Source of the DNA: a virus
Taxonomy: Duplodnaviria > Caudoviricetes
Length of the DNA stretch: 52,539 nucleotides
IMG/VR virus record: IMGVR_UViG_3300020179_000046
Location: 1-52,539 of that record
Reading direction: 5' to 3' (one strand)
Below the pieces are notes generated by a model that did not search any database, was not told where the DNA came from, and saw only the letters and a list, made by a program, of their open reading frames with translations. Both the position numbers and the translations under genes were made by a program. Shown here piece by piece: positions 21,001 to 28,400 of the stretch. How positions within the stretch are numbered: the first letter of the stretch is position 1; each line of letters begins with the position of its first letter.

Positions 21001-23875
21001 AGAATCTGATAAAACTAAGTTAATTTTATACTTAAATGGTGTACCAAATTTTTACGGAAAAGACTTCTTAATTAATGGAACAACTTTATCATTCCTTGGT
21101 GGTGCTTTCATTGATGAAAATACTGTCGCATTTATTATTAAATATACAAATATTACTTATATTGATAATTTAAAAAATTGTCCAGATGGAATTGAGACTA
21201 AATTCAAACTACTTTACAAGGGTAAAAATGTCCTTGCACAGTCTTCTGCTGATATTCTTACCAGCAGAAATGGAATTGTTCAAAAACCAAACGTAGATTA
21301 TACTGTTAGTATCGTAACAATCGGTGGAAACTCAATTGCAAAATATGTTACATTTGTAACCCCACTTGATAAGATACACAACACATTTTTTGTTAGAATG
21401 TATCAAAATATTTCTGCAACTCTAACTCAAATTTCTGCAACTCAATATCAAGTTACAAGTCCAGTGCTTGATTTTAATAATTTGTATGTTTTTGCAAATG
21501 GAAACTGGATGCTTCCTACTAAAGATTATACACTTAGTGCTAGTATAATTACACTTCAAGTTCCTGCAGTTGATGTATTTGCTATTGAATTTACTGGTGT
21601 AGTTAAGCTTCTTGATGAAATTCATACTCCTTATGATTCAATAAGAAATAGATTTAATCTATTTTTAACTGAGGAAAATTTTGTTCCCTTAGGAACAATA
21701 GAGTACAACACTATTGCAGATGAAACTAGTATTTTAGTAGTTAAAAATGGTAAGGTTCTGGATCCAAAAATTGACTATATCCTATCTGGAGATATTAGGT
21801 CACAGATTGTATTCCAAACTGCACCAATATTTTCCGATATTATCATGATCAAGTCGGTTGGATCTTTCAAGAAACTTAATACTATAACATCTGGATTTAC
21901 TGGAACTGTAAAGAAATATGATTTGAAAACTCTACCAGGCAGTTCTTCTTTATATAATGGAATTATGCAAAGAAATGGAATTCTCATAACTTCTCTATCG
22001 AATGAAGTTAAGACTAGAAATAATGGTATTATTCAGTTAGCTAATAATCCATTCCAGACTCAACAAGTTCCTAGCGAAGACTATTATCCGAATGCTGAAA
22101 TTGAAAGACCAAGAGATCATGAAAACCAAATTTTAATTATCAAAGATGGTTATATTCAAAGTCCTGTATATGATTACTATATCGACAACAATAAACTAGT
22201 ATTTAATAATCCAGTTACAAATACAACATCTAAAATTGTAATAATGGACTTTAGAGGAACTGTCGAAGATGTTCATGTTGACAATAGATTATATCAACTG
22301 AACGTTGGTGACAAAGTTAGCCTTGACTGTGCAATTGATGAAGAAAGAACTTTTACAATTAATAGAACTGTTACTAAAATTATTTCCCCAACTGTTCTGA
22401 AGACAACAACAGAAACTCAAAATATATTTGCAAACTTTAGTGCTTCTGTTGTATACAATGGTGGAAAGGTAACTGATTTTGTAGTTAGTGGCGGTGGAAC
22501 TGGATATTCATATCCCTCTATTTTGAGAACTAAGGGATCTGGTTATGGTGCTAAAGGAGTTGCACAAATTGACATATATGGCGGCGGAAGAATAAAGAAT
22601 GGATATATAGATATCCAATATCCTGGATACAACATATATGTGCCACAGGAAGTTTTTCCGACAGTATATGCATTTACATATAGAAACACTCAACTCACAT
22701 CTTCAAATTTCACAAAAGCAACTGCTTTAACAGCAAATATTTCTGATACAGCTGATGTAATTCCAGTAATTAAAACTAGTATTTTTAAAACTAATCCATT
22801 ACAAATTCAAATTACTTCTCCGACTGGATCTGGCGCATCATTTATTCCTTTTGTAATAAATGGTTACTTGAGAAAGTTACAGATTGTCAATGGTGGTATC
22901 GGGTATGATGAAAGATATATTCAAGTTAATGTAATTGGTGGTGGAGGTTCTGGAGCTGTTCTGGAACCAGTTTTAGACGCACTAGGTAGAATTACTAATA
23001 TGATTATTAGAAATCCTGGTATCGGTTACGATAGTTTCCGTGCATTTATAAATTCGGAAGCAATTGAATATACTACTAAAACTAATACTGAATTACTTGG
23101 TGTAACTAGAAACGTACTAAATTATGGATTGAATCCAAATGAATTCCCTCTAGTTAAAAATGAACTGTTTATCACAGTTCATTCTGAACATAACTTACAG
23201 GTGTTTAGAAATGGAGTTCATCAGATTCCAGGTATAGATTTTTATACAGTTCCAATTCATTCTGGGTGTGATAAAATTTATTTTACAACTCCAGTTGAAC
23301 TTGGTAGTGCTGATAATGTTTTTATTACACACTTTGATACGCCAAGTAACTTTACAAATATTTCTTCATCATTCACTCAAGTAAATTCAACTACAATACA
23401 ATACAATGGAACATTATCGTATCAATATCTATTGATGTTTATTGATGGTGTGGTGCAGTTACAGGATGCATGGAGTTTTAATTCCAATACAAATAGAATT
23501 ATATTTGATCAACCTGTTGACATTTCTTCTCAATCAGTTCTAATTTACAGAATTTCTTCTCCAGTTAATGTATTAAATACTTTTGCGATGACTTTATCCA
23601 ATACATATACATTATCGTCTTCAGTTTCTTCGGCAGAATCTATAATGGTGATTATTGATGGTGTTGTACAACAACCATATGTTTCTTATACAACATCTGG
23701 TTCTACAATTAATTTTGCAAATGTTACACCTGGAAGTGATGTTCATATAATTAATTTTGCATCTGCAAATTATAGATTGCTTGATGATATTAAAGTATCT
23801 CGCTGGATTAATACCAGCACATGTGCCATTGGACACAAACAAACAGATAGAGTATATTCTGGAACATATCTTTAA
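9005..23875 (+). CDS. gp7: giant baseplate wedge protein, gp7-like (~4956 aa), multidomain and repeat-rich
   Basis: Lies between gp6 and gp8; ISILIENQFPSFV..FLKFLSSYYESLE, IKSFYSAKGS..FKILF and YQNWSY..HPAGHKLFG motifs. Start 9005 by ATGA overlap with the gp6 stop. Confidence 0.8.
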   Translation: MRYLEEKKSNISILIENQFPSFVQQNNPQFLKFLSSYYESLETKYQPLDIASNLIDYYNISYYKPNTLIKETKLTSILLANSTIIPAEDTTGFPIENGYIKIDDEIIFYKSITANSFVDCVRGTSALILENIPKSEVVLTKSNSEEHELGSAIKNIAYDYSSEFFKRIKSELAPLITENVVEELDFAQFLKNIKSFYSAKGSLNGHRIIFKILFNDKKYNILLKPRGSGAKLKINNYNKYIPKNPPPQIVNGGSNYDFRKDPNTNEFLNSPIIDILGSGTGAVNNNGLRPNKTAIVKVTGINTNGTITSVEVVDQGEEYIGPIRSKVRPRSFYQDQKVYNNTGTGYGKVEFWDGFKNELILYDVVGFFKSDDEIIGIDGESPRAFISRAFIGTTSIRSGVETIPEVQNIEFPREYTFRTSDSQHIEKKILKCKLMRGKDIITKGKLPQTLTLRQDKDILFGVEGTDLEVDNIISLRDNTYEFEVSANTNLSKLYLPPSTEITINSSYSGSNFIVTVDDASRFPVTNGILYVNGVLIEYAHRSIDQFFDCNYYFGTNLSVGIGDEVISWGRKKYTIKWNINETINQGEFRYYKDNLYKATSSGITSSINGPTHTSGVKRDGRYADGNPNPVKWQYIGKNTLKHTLYDIVTDTEFEFIAVPGNIVIVDGGSLHTQQQYEFANVDSPNQQMYNFTSKEISDRLGVVLSGNYNRGYNTVTDSRLPSFGSLSGFNSSHDFEDYIYVATSAIPRWWNEIVDLTQVTLNSEDLKKVSFTNQKLITRYRKSTLVNETRVGTDLYPTKKSIAVNADAIQVNSYKGNTINYGKINNFTIAKNGDYKVVFRKLPNSSFVFDFSKFPSFTIKSKGLSDSSVNGLVRISSNLHSINFNALAEKWKNTGYLTGFTTKPVIEIINNNPTKSAVISKTNLNFNTNTFTITYSSSSNLEFKTADKVTYFTPLSTTNPIIQLTNIIPTLVDQSEYYLFVVSTSSGVYPKTVTYSIHKTKSEAILGSNKIQLSVQNPLPDFNFSLLGESLNPIDFKSAELDLSYNEDTKQLDNIIIRDSGSGYVEAPTIRIVGGGKSSLPQDAIIIPYEIDGVEIIEMRGPLVSYTNYDKNNSYEIDSLISDNNSYEITPEIVVDAGSDAEAVAYVSNGKINSVIPTNGGKNYFTVPTVRLTGSGGSGTDAVVHAKINNGNITDFVIVNPGRDYIIPITVEIIPAGSGAVVTARLNEWTFNLVQRLETIGRIDSFGGYVYNKSDYKITSSSDLYNPSKFVHIIPDNDLAPGITNAQYLLLKSSKKLLAKYTLEQRSGLLSKIYPNVNFTYQTSQGITDLLNTTVHSPVIAVAYDGVPVYGNRGYSIRYDASSTVTEIPSRYKLKYSTINSTGSISIVVNGTTYYVNRPGGPLISQYPIGSFIEDYVFEAGDSHSLDKYNGRFCVTPEFPDGRYCYFTTTSSFDAVTNGIIQQSNVNFNGFPYFVGNGFASIPDTYTNNFCRTNDKIPKAFTRSVDVAIPRSDQLYFPGLPSNKRYPKEDVSNDKTISGSSSLTPGSVDSVIIEYPGKNYKVGDKLVVDNTLSFGSGFGGFVSKIHGKEISTFIIDNGKITVFTSQPSELSINDFVYFDYTTPSNPVVINFHDSNFLPISSKLIESQSISAQLSSTNYSNKRFYSLSLNKKFKYKFNIPNLPYSFTYDIDKLNEYFVIEENNNSDPAAIIFDASKLPTTLYLHIGNYIYEITTSIQFSSQYRVSSINVASKSFTCNIFEDVSTFETSNIKYITNSINPNGSIAEISVSNGGYNYRNLPSVTVDSKTGSGAIVQLDSTTIGKIRNIKYLTAGGGFTSNLNVNYYLNLPSTAKIINNFEIYEVEVIAGGNYYKDKLELLVDGKSNLAKFKINVQIGVITSIEILDGGSNFETVPELQLVSTTGVGAILKAKIRRKKLFSGEFLTAKENSILFPVKEIRAKTLSFNELNSTFEFEQNIGEFKNGDLLYTSDGKKYGRITKIRRSVAYAKVNPYINLESSKLDITGNTSESLQKITDNIVYQNWSYILSSSRDTKDWRDQITVNTHPAGHKLFGKKIIDRRKSFFDNPDDVFKTNVIFTANLINKILLKVKLTPCKDQVISIINPGNFSIGDYVFGSISESIGRIEEITEYSLKLSLLSDTRFKIGEFIIKVPASFSFGIESATSKSFVFWNGIMQQPEYSYESAFKYVNNLGQPLTVPVVDVLIPKFDLLPSDELLHYKVSSALTVYDSYTLDPNDDIYFPSLKKKSVSVSGNFLNQTIISVGGAVQNPSDFQVNVNEKYIKLNDKPNSTATVFAIGGENLHRLIFTGPTSGTKFQLNHIPTSNCQLLIFYSGIEQSHLLTDYSVSGNEVVFSTAVEKTNIFGWINIEPVECLQINVNDLLKNKITGTWNCDTKNFTESIHSSAVKTPSSLYEIRKEYLDGTIFPDPDNTTLYGFDTKFTYTTPEYSRSFVEVLDTIQFTGVDKSFKLTRIDGNSYTPVRGEGSLMVYVDNVVVDPDEYSVTGDTILFNLAYASSSKCTIIDFNSTYRADSIGLGGANLDRLNVQHNGIRKRFNLSDRGVPQYTKNVGDVFAIRNGILQRPDQRHQTISTNKITFNDAPEFIDTTDLVYFNRQLLPLPTKNVVLDDFYCFDGVRKDFPLTLDGINFYPINVYNLFVVRNGVYQKPGIDFRLGTPLDIREVPGLDSYELDGSHLVFDSAPEKTDEIIVFYSYDGLNQNLKLDPFRYFNGVQKTFSLTKNYISTTPTSSDHIQVYRNGVYQYSGLDYIVETTNGGPRITFTTAPLETDDIFVTEYNTSTRFVNKTIDFVQINSNTIKNQSNESLTTSDVILIYKSGILITDGWLIDYTNQVINFDESFTIDNKTRIFVVKNCEGQLDKFFKFDGVETTFPITKNVVSKTPHSENHIQVYRNGVYQYSGVDYSVFSTNGGPRITFTSAPLASDNIFITNFHSTSHFTDATSGFTQISSTKFQYTSSIGAVFLLIFKDGIIQLEDSYTVSNNTITFSEPVVSPNIRIYFIGNQVKKLDNFYIMNGVNKVFPLSYFSESITTDNILVYRNGVYQYPILDYNVSFNTYGNKLISFITAPNETENIFIVEATNTTNFEDITNNFVQDNSTTLGNITTLNQSKILLVYNQGILQNSNSYSYNYITNKLQFTETFALNSSVRIYAVKKIVSSPTTVPTGILDNVYKVDGTTTTFPLTINNSSFTVSAEQGIGWPKAQVIRNGVFQTQGYYTTNTNGGPRIIFDDAPIQSEDIFVTAFAANQFVELISNPTTGLTETSSTVITYNGTRNLSAGVVLIFREGILQKRGTYTQIGNVFTFSESITLANTKFYHLENTTVIDSPYFKNGVTNTFPLTKNNQSISSSTVNETLVYRNGVYQYYGVDYVITAANGGPRITFTTSPQSTEPVFIHNFTNQTGFKNLTPQFTVITPTTYQYSGIITSEPLLVFVGGIMQVRDSWSFNLSTKTITFTEIPNGTVNIFQIQNCPILVNQIVTSAKQTRYQLKNGRKNHFPASAESLFVCVDGIVQQPNVSYAVVGSELVFINDILTTGVPLIVIDASAAGLRCLDDIETAWEIGDKKYLRTLQNYQSVNDSQILLTINGIVQDPNFYSVNNYVMTIFDQPENPWSVIEIFNATQSGFVRLDNLGSMRSITNKYKEMVMFDNYWTISSSATSLVVNADGVVQNPKISYETNGTLIRFNSPTINLDNVEVINVTSGSLRILDKLSDLSNEYVDSQGLIHTEFVIRNSYTELTTSTGALVVYGSIVQKPGVDYVIHNNPLKTFKIITEYGVDLSQLKIYDVSKTSYELIDNLDSLIYSSGDNYTLRITNKYQTISGLYAENTLVQINGIVQNVSSYNIINSTITLIGLNYKTAKVYNLSGANLRLIDNLSEDFSTPTFKLTQNYSTFTPSNLVDIFLLRDSVLQNPTEDYIAGSGYITFTSNIQKSTDIFILYTHNSQEIIPILAIPYTICTTEDTYTLPYAIPESDKTKLILYLNGVPNFYGKDFLINGTTLSFLGGAFIDENTVAFIIKYTNITYIDNLKNCPDGIETKFKLLYKGKNVLAQSSADILTSRNGIVQKPNVDYTVSIVTIGGNSIAKYVTFVTPLDKIHNTFFVRMYQNISATLTQISATQYQVTSPVLDFNNLYVFANGNWMLPTKDYTLSASIITLQVPAVDVFAIEFTGVVKLLDEIHTPYDSIRNRFNLFLTEENFVPLGTIEYNTIADETSILVVKNGKVLDPKIDYILSGDIRSQIVFQTAPIFSDIIMIKSVGSFKKLNTITSGFTGTVKKYDLKTLPGSSSLYNGIMQRNGILITSLSNEVKTRNNGIIQLANNPFQTQQVPSEDYYPNAEIERPRDHENQILIIKDGYIQSPVYDYYIDNNKLVFNNPVTNTTSKIVIMDFRGTVEDVHVDNRLYQLNVGDKVSLDCAIDEERTFTINRTVTKIISPTVLKTTTETQNIFANFSASVVYNGGKVTDFVVSGGGTGYSYPSILRTKGSGYGAKGVAQIDIYGGGRIKNGYIDIQYPGYNIYVPQEVFPTVYAFTYRNTQLTSSNFTKATALTANISDTADVIPVIKTSIFKTNPLQIQITSPTGSGASFIPFVINGYLRKLQIVNGGIGYDERYIQVNVIGGGGSGAVLEPVLDALGRITNMIIRNPGIGYDSFRAFINSEAIEYTTKTNTELLGVTRNVLNYGLNPNEFPLVKNELFITVHSEHNLQVFRNGVHQIPGIDFYTVPIHSGCDKIYFTTPVELGSADNVFITHFDTPSNFTNISSSFTQVNSTTIQYNGTLSYQYLLMFIDGVVQLQDAWSFNSNTNRIIFDQPVDISSQSVLIYRISSPVNVLNTFAMTLSNTYTLSSSVSSAESIMVIIDGVVQQPYVSYTTSGSTINFANVTPGSDVHIINFASANYRLLDDIKVSRWINTSTCAIGHKQTDRVYSGTYL
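15550..23790 (+). repeat. ~30 degenerate copies of a 70-90-aa beta-rich module (core VxxNGxxQxxxxDY...IxF) within gp7
   Basis: Counted by eye; the nucleotide-level pair ~17300-17400 and ~17762-17862 is still clearly similar. Confidence 0.85.
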
Positions 23876-23881
23876 TAAATA
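23875..23881 (+). promoter_or_regulatory. late promoter core ATAAATA overlapping the gp7 stop
   Basis: TAATAAATA, 27 nt upstream of gp8. Confidence 0.6.
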
Positions 23882-23908
23882 ACTGTACAAATAACAAAAT
23901 AGAGAATA

Positions 23909-25453
23909 ATGCCTTCACTAGTTGCTGATAATTTCAGAGTATTTGCTGCTGAACAGTTTATTGAATCTCTAGAGGAGCCATATGACTCTTCAAACAATGC
24001 CGTAGCTGATAATACACCTGCTGCATATAATTATAGAAGTAAAATTTATCTTTTTGTGGGTAGATCTCAACCGTGGCCTATTGAAAAATATACTGGACAA
24101 ACTAGCGTAACCGAATTTGAACCGCCAGATCCATATGATTCATTCAATGATATGAATGAGATATATGACGATATGATTGCTGTAAAAAGAATTACTAGTA
24201 GTGATGTATCTAAAGTTATAAGAAAAAGAATTTGGAAATCTAATGTTATTTACGACATGTATAAAAATGATTATACTCCAAAAAATTTATCGGTAAATGG
24301 TCAATCTAAATTATACGATGCACAATTTTATGTAATGAATAGTAATTATCAAGTGTATAAATGCATCTTTAATGGTCAAAGTCCAACATATCCAGCTGGC
24401 AGACCGTCTATAGTAGAACCAACTGGTAATGCAACTTCAATTATAGAATCTTCAGATGGGTATCGTTGGAAATATATGTATACTATTAATATTTCAGATT
24501 ATATTAACTTTGTATCTAGTGATTTTATCCCAATTAAAAATGATCCAACCGTAATATCTGCAGCAGTTGATGGTGCAATTCTACAAACATTGATTAAAAA
24601 TAAAGGAACTGGACTTAATCCAGGCACTTATTATGCCCCTGTTGTTGGAGACGGAAGTGAAAATGCCGTGGTACGAATTATTGTACCAACTGGAAATGAT
24701 TACATTGAAAATGCTGATATGCAAATTGTTGGTAAGGGATATACTTATGGCAAAATTTTATTGACAGAAGTATACGCTACTGCTGCGGCAGCTGTAACCC
24801 GCACTGGCACTTCTTTATCATTAGGCACTGTGGCAGATGTTGAAGCAATTATTTCTCCCCCAGGCGGACATGGATTTAATTCTTCACTCGAATTAGGTGG
24901 ATATAGAGTTATGGTTCACAAAAGTCTGGATTTCTTAGATGGAGATGGTGATATACCAGTTGATTGTCAATTTAGAAGTTTTGGACTTGTATCAGATCCC
25001 ACAACTCCAAATAACATTGATTTAACCGCAACTACCGCTACTGCATGTCATGCAATTAAGTTTCCGGCGGCTACAACTACAAATTTTGAACCAGGAGAAA
25101 TTATCACTCAAAATGTAACTGGTGCAAAAGGTAGAGTGATTCATTGGGATAGTGTAACTAAAGTGCTTCGTTATTATCAAAATGAATACATAAATTCACT
25201 TCAATCTGGTAAAAATCAATATAAATTAATTCCTTTTAGCGGACAGAACTCAGTCACTGGATCTACGAGTGGGACTACTTTGACTCCAGATATATCAATT
25301 AATACTGGATTTTTTGGTATTCATTTTGTTGCGGGATATGCAAGTCCAGAAATTAAGAAACATAGTGGTAAAGTAATATACGTAGAAAATAGAAAAGCAG
25401 TTAATAGATCTAATGATCAGATTGAGGACATCAAACTAGTCATTGAATTTTAA
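23909..25453 (+). CDS. gp8: baseplate wedge subunit gp8
   Basis: YLFVGRSQPW, FYVMNSNYQVYKCIFNG, DGYRWKYMYTI, IISPPGGHG, SGKVIYVENRKAVNRSNDQIEDIKLVIEF. Confidence 0.93.
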   Translation: MPSLVADNFRVFAAEQFIESLEEPYDSSNNAVADNTPAAYNYRSKIYLFVGRSQPWPIEKYTGQTSVTEFEPPDPYDSFNDMNEIYDDMIAVKRITSSDVSKVIRKRIWKSNVIYDMYKNDYTPKNLSVNGQSKLYDAQFYVMNSNYQVYKCIFNGQSPTYPAGRPSIVEPTGNATSIIESSDGYRWKYMYTINISDYINFVSSDFIPIKNDPTVISAAVDGAILQTLIKNKGTGLNPGTYYAPVVGDGSENAVVRIIVPTGNDYIENADMQIVGKGYTYGKILLTEVYATAAAAVTRTGTSLSLGTVADVEAIISPPGGHGFNSSLELGGYRVMVHKSLDFLDGDGDIPVDCQFRSFGLVSDPTTPNNIDLTATTATACHAIKFPAATTTNFEPGEIITQNVTGAKGRVIHWDSVTKVLRYYQNEYINSLQSGKNQYKLIPFSGQNSVTGSTSGTTLTPDISINTGFFGIHFVAGYASPEIKKHSGKVIYVENRKAVNRSNDQIEDIKLVIEF

Positions 25454-25454
25454 A

Positions 25455-25461
25455 ATAAATA
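25455..25461 (+). promoter_or_regulatory. late promoter core ATAAATA
   Basis: Intergenic, upstream of the VrlC-like gene. Confidence 0.55.
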
Positions 25462-25493
25462 ATCAAAAGAACTCCCTGAACAAGGTTTAATAA

Positions 25494-28400
25494 ATGCAGG
25501 ACACCAATCTTAAAGTATCTCCATATTTTGACGATTTTGATCGATCAAAAAATTATCATAAAGTATTGTTTAAACCAGGATACTCGGTTCAAACTAGAGA
25601 GTTAAACAACTTACAATCAACTTTACAAAATCAAGTTGAAAGATTTGGTCAACACATCTTTAAAGATGGATCTGTAGTTATTCCTGGAAATATTGGATAT
25701 AACTTACAATATACTGCTGTACTTGTTCAAAATTTAATTAATGGAATACGAGTTGAAGAATATAGATCCTCTTTAGTTGGAACTACAATAAAAGGATCGT
25801 CTTCTGGAGTTAAGGCAGAAATTATTGATACGATTAGCGAAGAAGATTCAGAAAAAAATATTATTACTTTGTATGTAAAATACACTGCTGGCGGATTCTT
25901 TGAAGATGATATACAATTAAATAAATTTAAAAATAATGAAATTCTCATAAGAGAATCTGATGGTATTCCCATTGCAGTTACTACTGTACAAAATGCAACC
26001 GCATATACTGGGTCTGTAGCTTATATTAATTCGGGTGTATATTTTATTAAAGGATTTTTTGTAGAAGTTCCTACACAGAGAATTATTTTAGATCAATATA
26101 CAAATCAACCATCATACAAAGTGGGGTTAGTTGTAAATGAAAGTATTGTTACTTCAGAAGATGATGAGAGTTTATTTGATAATGCTTTAGGATCAACTAA
26201 TTACTCTGCTCCAGGAGCAGACAGACTTAAAATAAGTACTGAACTGACTAAACAAAATTTATTATTAACTGATGATTCAAATTTTATCGAACTTCTTCGT
26301 CTTGAAGAGGGTTCTGCAGTTAAACTTGTAGAATTTTCTGCATATAGTGAGTTAGAAAAAAATTTAGCTAGAAGAACATTTGATGAATCTGGTAATTATA
26401 CTCTGGATCAGTATTCAATTAAAATCAGAGAAGCTTTATTTGATGGAGAAAATAATGGTGTATATTTTACGAATCAACTAATACCAGATGGAAGAACAAT
26501 TTTGGATAGAGATCCTACGGAAGATGAAGATACTTCAATAAACGGAAATGATTACTATGCTTTGGAAATTTCAGAAGGAAAAGCATATGTAAAAGGATTT
26601 GAAGTAATAAACACCAAAAAACAATATATATTGGCAGAAAAACCTAGAAAATCATCATCACTTAATAATCAAGGTATTTTTCTAAATATTGGTCAATATT
26701 TTAATCTTGATCCAAATCAAACAATTTCTGGATCTGTAAACTTTAATAGTCCATTGATACTAAAAGATGTTGATAATCAAATAGTAGGAGAAGCAAAAGC
26801 TCTTGGATTAACATTTGGATATAAATTATATATCACTGATCTTACTGTATATACTACTTTAACTCTTTCTACATCATCACATTCATTGCAATCTGGAGAT
26901 TTTATTACTGGATCAACTAGTGGAGCTACTGGTGTTGTAGAATCTTTTTCGGGACAGAATGTAATATTAAGGCAGGTAACAGGTTCATTTTTACCATCGG
27001 AAGCAATTCAATCAAGTAGAGTTGATTATACATCACCAGTCACTATATCAACAATTAATGTACCAAAATTAGAAAATGTTAGAAAGATTCAAAGAATAAG
27101 CGGATCTAACACAGTATTTACATCATTTGTAAAATTAGATCCTGTACCTATTAGTGGATCTTCTTTTTCAGTTAATGGAACTACATTCACTGGAACAGGT
27201 ACTAAGTTTAACTCTGAAGTATTTGCAAAATCTAAACTAAGAATTGGAAGTTCTGATGTTGAAGTCTCTACCGTAACTAACGCAAGTACAATTGTTTTAA
27301 CATCTCCAACAAATTTGACAAATGGAATATATTATAATGTTTCAAAATTGACATGTAAACTGTATTCATCAAATAATGGTCTTTCTATAAAAACATCTTC
27401 ATATCCAGTAAAATCAACCACAGATTTTAGTTATGATATATCTAAGACAGAACAATATACAGTACTTAATGGTGGATTTACAATTTCAAGACCATTAACA
27501 GAATCTATTGAAGCAAGTACTGTAATTGTAACTTCTGCAACTGCATTACTAACTCCAGTAATAACTCAAACTAGTGGAAATGTAGTTTCTGTATCTGGAT
27601 TAGATCCTCAAAACGGCTCTGTGGTAAATGTTTTTTATAAATTAAGATTATCAAATGCTTCGCCTAGAAAAAAAATCTCTGTTCCTTATCAAAAATTAAT
27701 AGTAGATTTATTTAAGAATTCGAACAATACCAAATATGGAACTAGATTAATTGATAGGGAGTGGTCTTTAAAATTTCCAGATGTATATAAAATTCATGCA
27801 ATTCATGAAGCAACATCTGCTCAAATACAAGCAGTAGACATGTTTGATAGTATTGTTCTGAACAATTCTGATAAAATTGTGGTTGGTGATGTAATTGTTG
27901 CTGGAAATATTAGAGCAAGAATTATTGAAATTTCTTCTACAAATTTAAAAATAAAATACTTAAGTGATGATAAATTTGTACAAGGATCAAATTTAGCAAT
28001 TAAAGTAGAAGTTTCGACAAATGCTAGTATAATTGGACGTTTTGTAAAACAATCAACATATGGTGCATATAAAGATATTTCTTCTAACTTTAGTTTAGTA
28101 AAAAACGACACTGAAGATTTTTATAGAGTTTCTAAATTAGTCAGAAAATTAAATAAACCATATCCAGTAAATAAAATTATTGTAGTTTTTGATTATCTTA
28201 AACACGAAGACTTATCTAATGATTTTTATGTGGCTGATTCTTTTACTAATTTAGAGTATTCTGAAGTACCAACTTCATATAATGGAGTTTCGTATAGTGA
28301 TCTCGTAGATTTTAGGTATTATATCGCACCATCAACTGGATCAAATGGAGGTTCTGGCACTCTATCAGATCCATATAGAGAAACTCAATCTGCGTTTGAT

